64,000 bases of DNA from Eledone cirrhosa (taxonomy: Eukaryota): NCBI GenBank assembly GCA_964016885.1, contig CAXHJY010000238.1, forward strand, positions 1 through 64,000. Reading direction: 5' to 3'. The translations under genes were made by a program, and so were the position numbers. Under the pieces are notes generated by a model. It was not told the origin of the DNA, ran no database searches, and was given only the letters and a program-made list of their open reading frames with translations. Positions 38,861 through 51,700 of the stretch are shown piece by piece (the stretch's first letter is position 1; each line of letters starts with the position of its first letter).

Positions 38861-39693
38861 TAAGATATCTCACACGTTTCTGTTCCTTTTAACCATCATT
38901 CATCATTTATCTTCACTCTTCATCACATCTGTCTTAGAACAAGACAATCTCTCTGCTGTTGGTGCTAAAATGCACCATGTACATTCTGTAAAGCGGTTGA
39001 CGTTGAAACATTAATAACATACTGCTAGGGAGAGCATCCAGCTGTCGAAGTCATTCCCAATAATGGTAGAGAGAGCTACTATTCAGTACAGGGAGCTACT
39101 ATTTTTAGCAAGTCGAGTGACCACACGAGGTTCACTTAGTGTCTCGTTGTTGTTGTTTCTCACAAAGTAGGCTCTGATTCAGTAGATTTATAATGATCAA
39201 AGCCATTGCAGCCGTGACCATCTCGTCTTTAAAAAAATGTTCTATGTGCAAGGAACCCAGGATTTTTTTTTTACAGACAGTAGGCTGTGATTTGAGGGAG
39301 GTTTGGTTGCTCTTTTTAGCAGTTCGAGCAACCACGTAGCGACTTCTTCCTTGGCTGTGGTTTTCCCTAACAAGTAAACAGTGGGAATGAATTAATGCTT
39401 CTATTTGTGACTAGATGTAAATATGAAGTCAGCACGCGGTCGCGGTTGCTTCATATGCTAGAAACAGCAGCCAAATATAACTAAAATCATTCTCTAAAAC
39501 TTAACATTCCTTCAAACAACACAATACAATCGTTAATGTAATCTGAGGTAGAAAATATTCGTAAAAAAATACTTTTGGTCATTGTCAGTTTGATGAGGCT
39601 TTGGCCTAGGGCTAAACCACAAGAAATGTGAAGTGGATGTCATAAGCGGTCCTACGGGAATGTGTTCAGAGTTACTCCCCTTCGCTAGAAGTC

Positions 39694-39714
39694 ATGGCGT
39701 CGTGTCCAGTCTCC
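39694..39714 (+). CDS. NGDN: NGDN coding exon 1 (MASCPVS)
   Basis: GTCATGGCG start context in a CpG-richer patch, donor GTAAGT, phase 0 fits exon 2. Confidence 0.75.
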
Positions 39715-42700
39715 GTAAGTTTTATTATTTCTACTTATATATAAGTTCAAATCCTGCCGAGGTTAACTTTGCCTTTCATCCTTACGGGGTCGATAAAATA
39801 AAGTACCGTACCAGTCACGCACTGAGGTCGATTTAATCGACTTCCCTCTCCCCCAAAATTGCTGGCCTTGTGCCTATATAAGAAACAATTATTTCTACCT
39901 ATTTAAGAATATACACTGATCATTTTATTTCTCTTCTAAATAGTTTTACTCTACGTCTCTCTATCTCTATATAAATCCCAATTTACATTACTGTCGACTG
40001 TGTTTTTTCTTTCTGATTGTTGTATATTTTCTTTCTTGCGACGATCCAGATATTTATATCCCAAACACGTGTTCTTCCTCAAAATCCTCTCATTTTAAAC
40101 TCTCAGTTGGTTGTTGTTGTTAAATTGTAATTTACTCAGTTGTTTTCTTTAGTGGTGTTAAATTAGTGTGATAAATAATATATTATCTTAAAAGTAAACC
40201 ATATTTATCAACTGATAAATGTGACTTACACAGACTCACTTAAAGATGTTCGCTGCATGATAGAATTACGAATCATTTTCTACATGTGAGTGTTGATTAA
40301 TGTGTTGGATTGACAGAATTGGTGGAGCGTCGGATAAAATGCAATTGCAATATTTGTTCTGGCTCTTTACATACTGAGTTCAACTTCGCCTTTCATTTTT
40401 CCAGGGTCGAAAAAACAAAGTACCAGTCAAGTACTGGAGTCAGTGTAATCGACTTCTCATTTCCACCTAAAACTGTTGGCGTTGTCTCCAAATTAGAAAT
40501 GGTTCATATGGCAAAGTCTTATTTGAGGGTTTCTATCAAAGTGAAAACATTTCTGGACAGGTTTTTGTGCTCACCGTTGGAAGAGAGGCTTTAGAACCAT
40601 CTAGGTGGACACTCTAATCTGCTGAAGGCACAGAGTTTAGTGTTTGGGGTGTTGGACTTGCGATCTTAATGTCGTGGGTTCGATATTTGGACCAGCTTGT
40701 TTGTTGTGTTTTTGAGAAAAACACTTCATTTCACAATGTACCAGTATGGATGGATGGTTCCGTAACTCCCGGAGGAGTCGTCGGGGCGCCGTATTGACAT
40801 ACGGCGTGGCGTTTCTTGCTAATTTTTAAAACTGGCAGAGCCCATCTCCTTTCCAGGTCTGAGTACAGTAGATTTCTTCCAGAGAAAGATAGAGATTGAG
40901 GGAATGGGATCGAGAAAGAGATATAGAGGAAGAATCGGCCCCTGTACCTGTACTTCACTGGTACTTTTTTTTTATCAACTTCGAATAGATGAAAGGCAAA
41001 GTTGACCTCAACGGTATTTGAACCCAAGAGCCGAAACGAATACCGCAAAGTATTCTATTCGATGTTTGAACGACTCTGCCAATTCGCCGCCTTCATTGTT
41101 TCAATATACTCACCTGAAAATGAGCACCAGCAGTTGCTGGGAGTTAACCCTGTGATGGATGGCATCCAGTCCAGAGGAAGTCTTGTACTCGAAGAAATTG
41201 AGATGAGCCTCTATGTTGTAGATATTAGGAACAAACAACCTTAAATGGATAGAGTGAAGAAGAGGTGTCTGACAGTTTCTTAGAAGTAAGGTTTTCTAAA
41301 ATGTAACGGTTTAGCAACAGATAGTTTTTTGTAAACTGTCGAAGTAGTTTATGTTGACGAGTTCACAAATACGAGATAAACCTGAAGACTTCCACCTATG
41401 AAAGAATGCTTCTGATTCAGCAGACAAACCCTCTAAAAGTGGAAATATCCTTCTTGCATTCATTAAAGACACTTTTGAGTTCTCTAATGCAGTTTCAAGA
41501 ATCTTATTATAATTCTTGGTGTGTTTCGTCCAATTGTTCATAGGTTGCGCTCTAGTTACATACACACCCGTCTACACACAAATACCGAAACAGATACACA
41601 GACAACAGAAGTGCAAATACACACACACACATCTACTCATATTCATAAATAGACACATACAAAATAATTATTACATGCACACACATCTATGTAATGATTG
41701 AAGAAGGAAAGGCGTGGTGAAATGCTATAGTGATGAGTGTTCCAAGATTAACTACACTTGTGTAAGTGTAGGCGTATGTTTGTGTGAGTATGTGAGTGTA
41801 TGTGTGTTTGCGCATACATATACACACACTCAATTGTAATGAATTGCGTGTGTGTATGTGTACAGAGATGTGAGGAAATGCGTGAACAACAGAGACATCA
41901 TTTTATAGCAAGGTAGACTAAGACAACAGGAGAGAAGAGATAATATACAACTAGACAAACGTCTCTTAAATAGATCCTCTTAATTTTTTCACCTCCCGTT
42001 AGTACTATTTCATCATCATTTCATTTCATTTTACGTCCGCTTTTCCCTGCTTGCAAAGGTGGGACAGGAACTGATTCTGGCTTGATTTCTACAGCTGGAT
42101 GCCCTTCCTAACACCAACCTCATTTACAGTGAGTGCTGGGTGCTTTTTTGCCATGGCACCTCCACGACCACTTTGCAGTGGAATGATATGGACCCCAGTC
42201 CCTATCATCTCATTTCTACAGCTGAGTAAACTGGAGCAATGTGAAATAAAGTGTCTTGCTCAAGGAAACAACACATCACCCGGTCTGAGAATTGAACTCA
42301 CAACCTTTCGATTGCAAGGCCAATGCTCTAACCACTAAGCGATGTGCCTCCATATTGTAAATATGATTAAAACATTTGTATTTGTTGTTAGATTCTTCAT
42401 GCCCCAGCATTGACATTGTGTAACTCTACACATGCGTTGCAGAATAAAACAATAATCATTTATTTTGTAATTCTCCAGAAAGATGTGATACAGAAAGATT
42501 TAACTGAAGCCTTGAATATACTGGAGAAGCTGCCTAATTCAATCCACGAATCAAACAAATTTTTCAAATCTTTAGTTCGAAAGGTCAACTCGGACAATTT
42601 CAATATTTCTAATGTAAGTTTAGTTGTGTTGTTTTTTCTCTTGTATTGCATTCATTTCTCATTTATCATGCAGGTATGGCTGTGTGGGTAAATAGTTTGC

Positions 42701-45700
42701 TTCACAGCCATGTGGTTTTAGGTTCAGTCTCAATGCTTGGCACCATAACCTTAGCTGAGAAATGCCATCTAAGTGAAATTGGTAGATGGAGACTAGAAGG
42801 AAGTCCATTACTTATACATGTCTCTGTGCTTGTTTCACTTCACATTTGACACGACCAAACTATGAAGTTTTTTGAGGTCCTACATCATCATCATCATCAT
42901 CATTTAAATATTCGCTTTCACTGCTAGCAAGAGTTGGACAGGTCCACATTGACCACATCAGTACTGAAGCGGTGGCTACTAATCTCCCAGACTAACCAGA
43001 GATCTGTCATCTTGCCTATGTATGGTCTGACATTCTACCAAGTACATAGAAGAGGTTTTTATGTCTTTAACACAACTGAAGAGTCCTCCCAACCCTTTAT
43101 TTGGCAAGATTCTACAGCTGGATGATATTCCTATCACCAACCACTTTACATGTACTGGGTGCGTTTATCGTGCAGATCCCCAAACACTAGGGAGGTTGTC
43201 CTACATTGACAATATATTCTGTGACTCATTGGTTTAATGGGCAAAGATTGGTATCTGAGTTAAAGTGAACAAATAATAGTTGGTATTAGGAAGGACATCC
43301 AAACGTAGAATTCTCCTTCAAAGAAAGTTTTTCCAGCCCATTCCAACAGGCATAAAGACAATTATGATTTCTTTTTGTTAATATAGATAATTAGGCTTTT
43401 TTGTTTGAAGCAGTTGATGTTTTAACCCGGCCATATCTAGCCAGAATTCTTTCACCTCTTTCTGTTCAAACCAGCCGTTATTGGCCATGCATACTGACCT
43501 TAAGGTATTGTTCTCGAAATAAATAACATCAAAATCTCATAGATTATATTATGTGAGATAATTATATAAGATAAAGCCTTTACCACAAAAATACAATAGT
43601 AAATATAGAGTAATGTAAATGCTAATGGGCTAAACTAGGATATCTTTTCTTTCACAAACTGCTAGATCATGAAATAAAAGTGGAAGCTGCTTTGTCAGCC
43701 AGGCAGACTGTGGCGAACAGAAATATGAATTAATGGCTGTAGAAAAGGTTGAACTTATAACCCTTTAGTCAGATTTTCACCTCCTACTGGACACATACAC
43801 AGCTGTCTGTTTAAGAAGTTCACGTCACAACTATGGAGTTTAGCTTTGAATTCCACTTCACAACTTCAGGGTTTAGTATTCAACCCCACTTCACAACATC
43901 TTGGCTAAGTGTTCTACTGAAACCTTGGAGGGAAAATTTAGCAGTCAGAAACTACATGGAAGCCTGTTGGAAGAACTACCATTTCTCTTCTTCAATGGTA
44001 AACTTAATTTGTTACCTGGTCCACTCTGTTGTAAACATTTAGACGAGGTCTCTGTTTCCAGTCTGCCTGGAATTTAAAGGGTTCTTCAAACTACGTGACC
44101 CCTTCCAGATGTTTTATTAGGGTTTTACCCTAATGTTTGATCAATTGTCAGTGAGTCTTGGGGTAGGCTTAGGTTTTGATGATATTTTATTGTCCTGGAT
44201 TACTGACGATGATGGTGATGAGAATGATATTGATGATGAAGATGAAGAGGATGATATAGATGATGTTATTGATGATGATGATTAAAATCTGAACTTTCTC
44301 ATTGCAGGGTATCGGCTTCCTGACAGTGAAGTGTAATATTTTATTAAATTATATCACAGATTTATCTCTTGTTCTTTTGGAGAAATCAGAAGGAAACTCT
44401 CTGAAAAAGAACGAAGCTGTAGAAAGACTTGTTGAAAACAGAGTTGTGAGTAGATTTATATTTCAATGTCTATGGAAGGTTTTGGTCAGCAGTGACCAGA
44501 GGTATCTCTAGAGTATGGCAAGCATCGCACGTGCCATGGGTGCCACATAAAGGAGGCGCCACTTGGACTAGGAGCACGTTTTATTAAAGTCAAATAAGCT
44601 ATTGTCAGAGAATGAAAAAAAGAAACTTCTTCAGATGTATGATCTGTCTTTGATTATCATGGGTGAGAAATACTATGGTGGCTGGATCATTAAACCATTT
44701 ATATAAATTAATAGGCCTCCATAGGTAAAAATACAGTGCTGGGAACTACATGATCACAGAAGCATACCTCATAGTATGACTTGTCAAATATTTTAATAGG
44801 GTTTTAATATTTGTCAAAGGTCACTCCCTTTAATATTTGTCACAGATCAGTATTACACAGATCACTCCCTTTAATATTTGTCACAGATCAGTATTACACA
44901 GATCTCTCCTTTTAATATTTGTCACAGATCACTCCCTTTAATATTTGTCACAGATCAGTATTACACAGATCACTCCCTTTAATATTTGTCACAGATCAGT
45001 ATTACATAGATCTCTCCCTTTAATATTTGTCACAGATCAGTAATACACAGATCTCTCCCTTTAATATTTGTCACAGATCTCACCCTTTAATATTTGTCAC
45101 AGATCAGTATTACACAGATCTCTCCCTTTAATATTTGTCACAGATCAGTATTACATAGATCACTCCCTTTAATATTTGTCACAGATCAGTATTACATAGA
45201 TCACTCCCTTTAATATCTGTCACGGATCAGTATTACATAGATCACTCCCTTTAATATATGTCACAGATCAGTATTACATAGATCACTCCCTTTAATATCT
45301 GTCACAGATCAGTATTACATAGATCTCTCCCTTTAATATTTGTCACAGATCAGTATTACACAGATCTCTCCCTTTAAATACACTAACACTTTTGTCAATA
45401 CTTTACATATTCTGAAGTGTAAAGGATACCTGTAGAACAAATGAAAATGCTGTTTAATACCCTAAACCCTCATTTATTTAAACTGTGCTGTCAATCCCAT
45501 TGTCTAACAACTACTATAGCTTGCTGCAAGGGCAGGAGTGCAATTTCAATGTTTGTGATAGGCGCTATTTTCCCTTTTTACACCTCTGGCAATGACTCGG
45601 TTTATATTTCAATGTCTATGGGCAGGTTTTGGTCAGAAATGGCTTCTTTTTTTTTTTCCTGAATGAAAAGGGGCTGTAGAGAGCAGTTGCCGGGAGCAAT

Positions 45701-48700
45701 GGAAAATCATGAATTGTAGAGAGACTGTGGTCACGATGATGATGATATTATTTTATTCTACCTATTTTGTGGAGGGCATTTCTTCAAACTTTCATTTGAT
45801 TTTTGTTTTGTGATTGAATATAAGGTAATTTTTTCTCTAATTACAGGTATGGGAGAAAATTTTACCCATTGATAATAAACTGAAATATCAAATAGACAAA
45901 GTTGTTCAGTCAGCCGTGACAGGCAAAGGTTTGTGGATATTATTTACTTTCTTCTTCTGCTCTCTCCTCCTCTTCCCTGAGAGGGCCATGGGGACAGAAT
46001 CCTCAAACACTCTTTCCAGCGGGTTCTGTCAGAAGCAACCATCTTGCTCAGGGTCTACTCCAGGGTCTCCTACCTGTTGGCTTTGCTCGTAAAATCTGTC
46101 CAGCAATTCTTTCCCCGAGACATTCTATTATTATTTACCAACAGGCAAAATCATCATTTCATCATCATTTCATTTTACGTCCGCTTTTCCCTGCTTGCAA
46201 GGGTGGGACAGGAACTGATTCTGGCTTGATTTCTACAGCTGGATGCCCTTCCTAACACCAAACTCATTTACAGTGAGTGCTGGGTGCTTTTTTGCCGTGG
46301 CACCTCCACGACCACTTTGCAGTGGAATGATATGGACCCCAGTCCCTATCATCTCATTTCTACAGCTGAGTAAACTGGAGCAATGTGAAATAAAGTGTCT
46401 TGCTCAAGGAAACAACACATCACCCAGTCTGAGAATTGAACTCACAACCTTTCGATTGCAAGGCCAATGCTCTAACCACTAAGCCATGTGCCTCCATCAG
46501 AAAACCAGGGCTGAACAGAAATGGTGTTATTAATCTGTGGAAATGGTTTACGCAGGTTAATAGTTGTTGTTGTTGTGGTGGTGGATATAGTTGTAGTGGT
46601 AGTGATAGTTGTGATGCTGATGCAGGTGGTGGAGTGGTGATCGTAGTAGTAGTCATGATAGTTGTGGTAGTGATAGTTGAGAGGGTGGTGGTGGTAGGTG
46701 AAGATTGGGGGTAATAGTTGTGATGCTGGTTAAAAATGGAAAATTTAGAAAGATATAATTTTAAAATGAATTAACTCCAAAATAGAAGAAAACAATTTCT
46801 AATCTCATGTCACCAATATTGATTTTTCAGAAGTTACAGATGCTTTAAAATATCGAGCACAACCAGAGAATCTTGTACCAAAGGTAAGATGTTTTTACAT
46901 GACACTTAGATCTTATCGTCATTTGCTTTCTATCAGTTTTATATATTTTATTGGGTAATATTTTAAGAAAAGATGTGATGACCATGACTCCCCTTGGACT
47001 AAACGACAACATATGGTATTTAATTTTCCTCAATCCTAATGGAATTTGTACTTGTAAATATAATGTTTCAAATTAGATGCCCTTGCTAGCAGGGAATGCA
47101 TACAACATAGAAGTTAAAATAATATCTAAACATAGGAATGACTCAACACTTTGACAAACTAGGGAGGCTACAGATATAGAATTAAGAAAACCAGGGCTGA
47201 ACAGAAAATGAGTGGAATAGCAACAACCATACACAAACACACACTAGTGATCTAAGATAGAATATAAACACATAAACATGCGCAGACTCAGACACGATCA
47301 CACATCAAACAGAGACAGCCAAAAAAAACCTTATAGAAACACAGCGATGATCACTGAAGATGTCACAGAAATGTGTGACGAAAGAACTCTGGTTATTTAT
47401 ATTTTTAACTGTTGGTCAATCAATGATAAACATTGATTACCAGCTAAATTCATCTTCATCATTTCGCGTCCATTTTCCATGCTAGCATGAGTTGTCCGAT
47501 TGTGAGACAGCCAGGTCAGGGGACCATGTTTTACTCACACAGAACTGATTTTGGATTGGTTTCTATAGCTGGATGCTGTAGAAAAATATACTGAAGTGAA
47601 AACCAAACAGTGAGTGTGTTTTACTATATTTTTCTGGCAATATTAGGGCAACATGACCCTCCCTAAATATAACAATATCTGTTTCAACACACCTTTTAGT
47701 TATTGTTTATTATCTCTCACACATAATATGCTTACATCTCCTAAAGTTACCCATTTTAATCCCGCCCACCCACACACACCACCATTTGGTTCTATTAAAA
47801 GTCAGCGGTTTACAGTAAGGTTTCTAACACAAATCTCTAACACAAAGCCACCGCTTCAGCTACTACTCCTTAAGTTTAGGCCTGGTTGTTGTTCGGTATG
47901 CTAAATGGACTGCAGAGTTGGAGAGTCTGAGCACTCAATGACAATGTCTAAGATAAAGATAAATTCAACTCCCGCTGCCGGACGAGAATGCAAGAACTCC
48001 TCTTTATTTCAGACATGGAAGACCAACATAATTCCGTCTCCCACACCCCTCCCTGCGCCTCCAACCCATCCCTTCCACCCACCCAGCGAAATCCAAAACT
48101 TCAGAGTTGGTACCATGAATGTAGGTACATTGAAAAGTCGCTCAAATGAGGTTGTAGAGATGCTTGAGCGTAAAGGAGTTGATGTTTGTTGTGTTCAAGA
48201 GACTAGGTGGAGGGGTGGGTCTGCTAGATTCATCATGGGTAAAAAACGATGCAATAAATTTTCTGGATGGGAAATGACAATGGGCTGGGTGGAGTTAGCC
48301 GAAAAATGGGTAGATAAGGGAATTGACGTAAATAGAGTGAATGACAGAATAATTAAAATAAGACTAGTTCTAAATAGAACAACTGTGTCAATAATATCTG
48401 CTTATGCAACCCAATCTAGCCTACCTGACGTTTATAAAAGACAGGTTCTATGAGTTGCTAATGCTGACTGCCACCCAAATAACCGACAGTGACTGCATAA
48501 TTATTGCTGGCGACCTTAATGCTTTTATTGGACAACATTGTGATGGCTATGGGTTTGGTACTAGGAATGAGGAAGGCTTCAGGATCCTGGAATTCTGTGA
48601 TGCTAATAACCTAACTATCTGTAACACAAACTTCAAAAAACGAGACAATCACTTGATCACCTATAGATCAGGGGAACGCACCAGCCAGATTGATTTTATC

Positions 48701-51700
48701 CTTACTAGAAGACGGGACAGAATGTCTGTTGTAAACACTAAGTCCCTCCTTCGTGAAGAATGCACCTCCCAACATAGCCTAATAGTTAGTGACCTCATAG
48801 TCAGGACTAGATGTATTCAACGACAGAGAAGGACTACCTAGAGGAAAAGAAAATGGAAGTTGAAGGACCCCACAGCCAGTAACAAATTTAAAAGCATATT
48901 ACTTGATGCTTTTGACAGTAAGGAAGAGCAATTAGAGACGTACAATATAGAGGAACAGTGGGAATTCTTGAAGGCGACAGATGAAATCTGTAGCTGGAGC
49001 AGACCTATAGGCAGTAGGAGAGTGACTTGGTGGTGGAACAGTAAGGTGGGGGAGACAATCAAGGACAAAAAGCAGGTTTGGAAGGTATGGTGGGATGGGG
49101 GAAGTAGAGAACACTATCAAGTGGCTAGGAGACAAGTGTACTTTGCAAGAAGGAAGCAGAGGATAGAAAGGTCAAGCATGTTCTACAATGCGAGAACCAA
49201 AAACGTGAGGTGTTCAGGATTGCTAGGCAATGTGTCAAGGAAAACTGTGATATTGTCAGGGAGAAGTGTGTCCGTAATGATGATGGTGTACTTGCCCTCA
49301 CTGATACAGATAAGAAAGTAGCTTGGAAGTGTCACTACAAGAGACTACTAAATGAGGAGAATAAATGGGAAAAAGATAGTCTACTCCAAATCGATCCAAT
49401 AGAAGGACCAGGTGTGCAAGTTAATGGTAGTGTAGTAAGTAAGACAATCAAAGATATGAAGACGGAAGGCAGCTGAGCCTTCGGAGATAGTTGCTGAGAT
49501 GTTGAAAGCATCTGGAATAGTGGGATATACTATGGTCACTCGGATAGTAAACCAAGTCATACAGAATGGGGTCATACCAAATGACTGGCATAGCAGCATC
49601 ATCGTTAACTGCTACAGGGGTAAAGGAGATGCTCTAGATAGAAAAAACTATAGAGGCATTAAGTTAGTTGACCAGGTCACAGAAAGAGTTATTGCACAAC
49701 TATTTAGAGACTGAATTGATCTAGATGAGATGCAGTTTGGGTTTGTGCCAGGTAAAAGTATCACAGATGCTCTCTTCCTTGTACAGCAACTACAGGAGAG
49801 GTACCTAGCTAAAAGTAAATCCCTCTACTTAGCTTTTGCTGACTTGGAGAAAGCCTTTGACAGAGTTCCCCGCTCCTTAATCTTGTGGGCTCTTAGAAAA
49901 CTAGGAGTAGATGAATGGCTTGTGAGAGCTATACAAGCCATGTATAGAGAAAACAGTCAGAAGGTTAGAATTAACAATGAATATAGAGAAGAAATTAGCA
50001 TAAAAGTAACTGTTCACCAAGGCTCTGTCCTTAGTTCCCTCCTGTTTATTATTTCCCTACAGGCTCTTACAGAAGATTTTAAGACTGGCTGCCCATGGGA
50101 ACTTCTATATGCAGATGATCTAACTCTCAGCTGAATCTATGGCTGAACTAGAAAGGAAGTTCCAAACATGGAAGCATGGCCTTGAATCAAAAGGCCTTAG
50201 AGTTAACTTTTCTAAGACTAAAGTTCTAGTATGTAGAAAGGAGAATTGGGCACAGATTCCCTCTGGGAAATGGCCATGCTCAGTGTGTAGGAAAGGAGTA
50301 GGTAGAAATTCCATTCTATGCCCCAAATGCAAACTATGGGTACATGAAAGATGTTGTGTGATCACAGGTAAGCTATCTAAGAATGTAGATTTTATATGTG
50401 GCCGGTGCTTAGGTGCAGTAAGTAGCAAGTGCCCACAGGATACTAGCTCCTTCAACTGCCCAGATGGTTCTATAGAAATAGTAAACACTTTCCGTTACCT
50501 GGATGACAAAATCAGCAGTGGAGGAGGGTGCTCTGAAGGTACAGTAGCCAGAGTTACAACCGGATAGAAAAAGTTCAGAGAGCTTTACCGCTGTTGGCCA
50601 CAAAAGGTTTCTCTGCATGCTCCGATGGATGTGTACTAGTGGTGGTTGTTTCCTGTGGCCATTTGCTGCTTGCTGTCCTGGTGCAGCTGCTACATGTAAA
50701 GCCTACATTCTTAGCTAAGCTTCCTGAGATCCCACTACATCTCTTGTGTACCCATTTTTGCATTTGGGGCAGAGGATGGAGTTCCTACCAACACCTTTCC
50801 TACATACTGAGCAAGGCCATTTCCCTGAGGGGATCTGGGCTCTGTTTTTTCGTCTACTTACGAGGCCCTTTGTCAGGTTGACTTTGAGACCCTTTCTTCC
50901 TAGTCCCTGCTTCAATGTTTGGAATTTCTTCTCTAGTTCTACCATAGATTGAGCTACAAGTGTGAGATCATCCACATACAGGAGTTCCCATGGGCATCCG
51001 ATCTTAAACTCCTCTGTTATTGCCAGCAATACCATAATGAACAGGAGAGGGCTAAGAACAGAGCCCTGGTGGACACCAACCTCTATGCTAAATTCCACGC
51101 TATAGTCATTGTTAACCCTAACTTTGCGAACTGTTCCCCTATACATGGCTTGTACAGCTTTCACAAGCCATTCATCCTAGTTTTCTAAGAGCCCACCAGA
51201 TTATAGCACGAGGCACTCTGTCGAAGGCTTTCTCCAGATTGACAAATGCCAGGTAGAGCAGCTCACTTTTAGCTAGGTATTTTTCCTGTAACTGCCTCAC
51301 AAGGAAGAGGGCATCAGTGGTGCCTTTTCCTGGCACAAACCCAAATTGCATCTCACCTAGTTTTACCCAGTCCCTAATCAGCTGTGCTATAACTCTTTCT
51401 GTTACTTTCATGACCTGGTCCATCAGTTTTATACCTCTATAGTTTCTTCTATCTAGTGCATCACCTTTACCCTTGTAGCAGTTGACAATGATGCTGCTGT
51501 ACCAATCCTTTGGTATGACACCATCTAGTATTACCTGGTTAACAATACGTGTGGTTATGGTATGACCTACCGACCCAGATGCCTTCAGCATCTCGGCAGC
51601 TATACCTGATGGACCAGTTGCCTTCCCAGTCTTCATATCTTTAATTGCCTTACTTACTACGCTGCTATCGACTTGTACTGCTGGCCCCTGTATAGGGTCC

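Noticed and set aside
41382-41410. CTGAAGA...GAAA hammerhead-like spacing
   Set aside because: Stem II cannot pair
42099-42338. Recurrent 79-aa [20 protein letters not shown]... (also 9149, 30172, 46243, 55821, 59534)
   Set aside because: Antisense translation of SINE family A copies, not a gene family
44205-44285. Acidic (D/E-rich) coding stretch before NGDN exon 3
   Set aside because: Degenerate (GAT)n microsatellite with an in-frame stop and no splice sites; not needed for the NGDN frame
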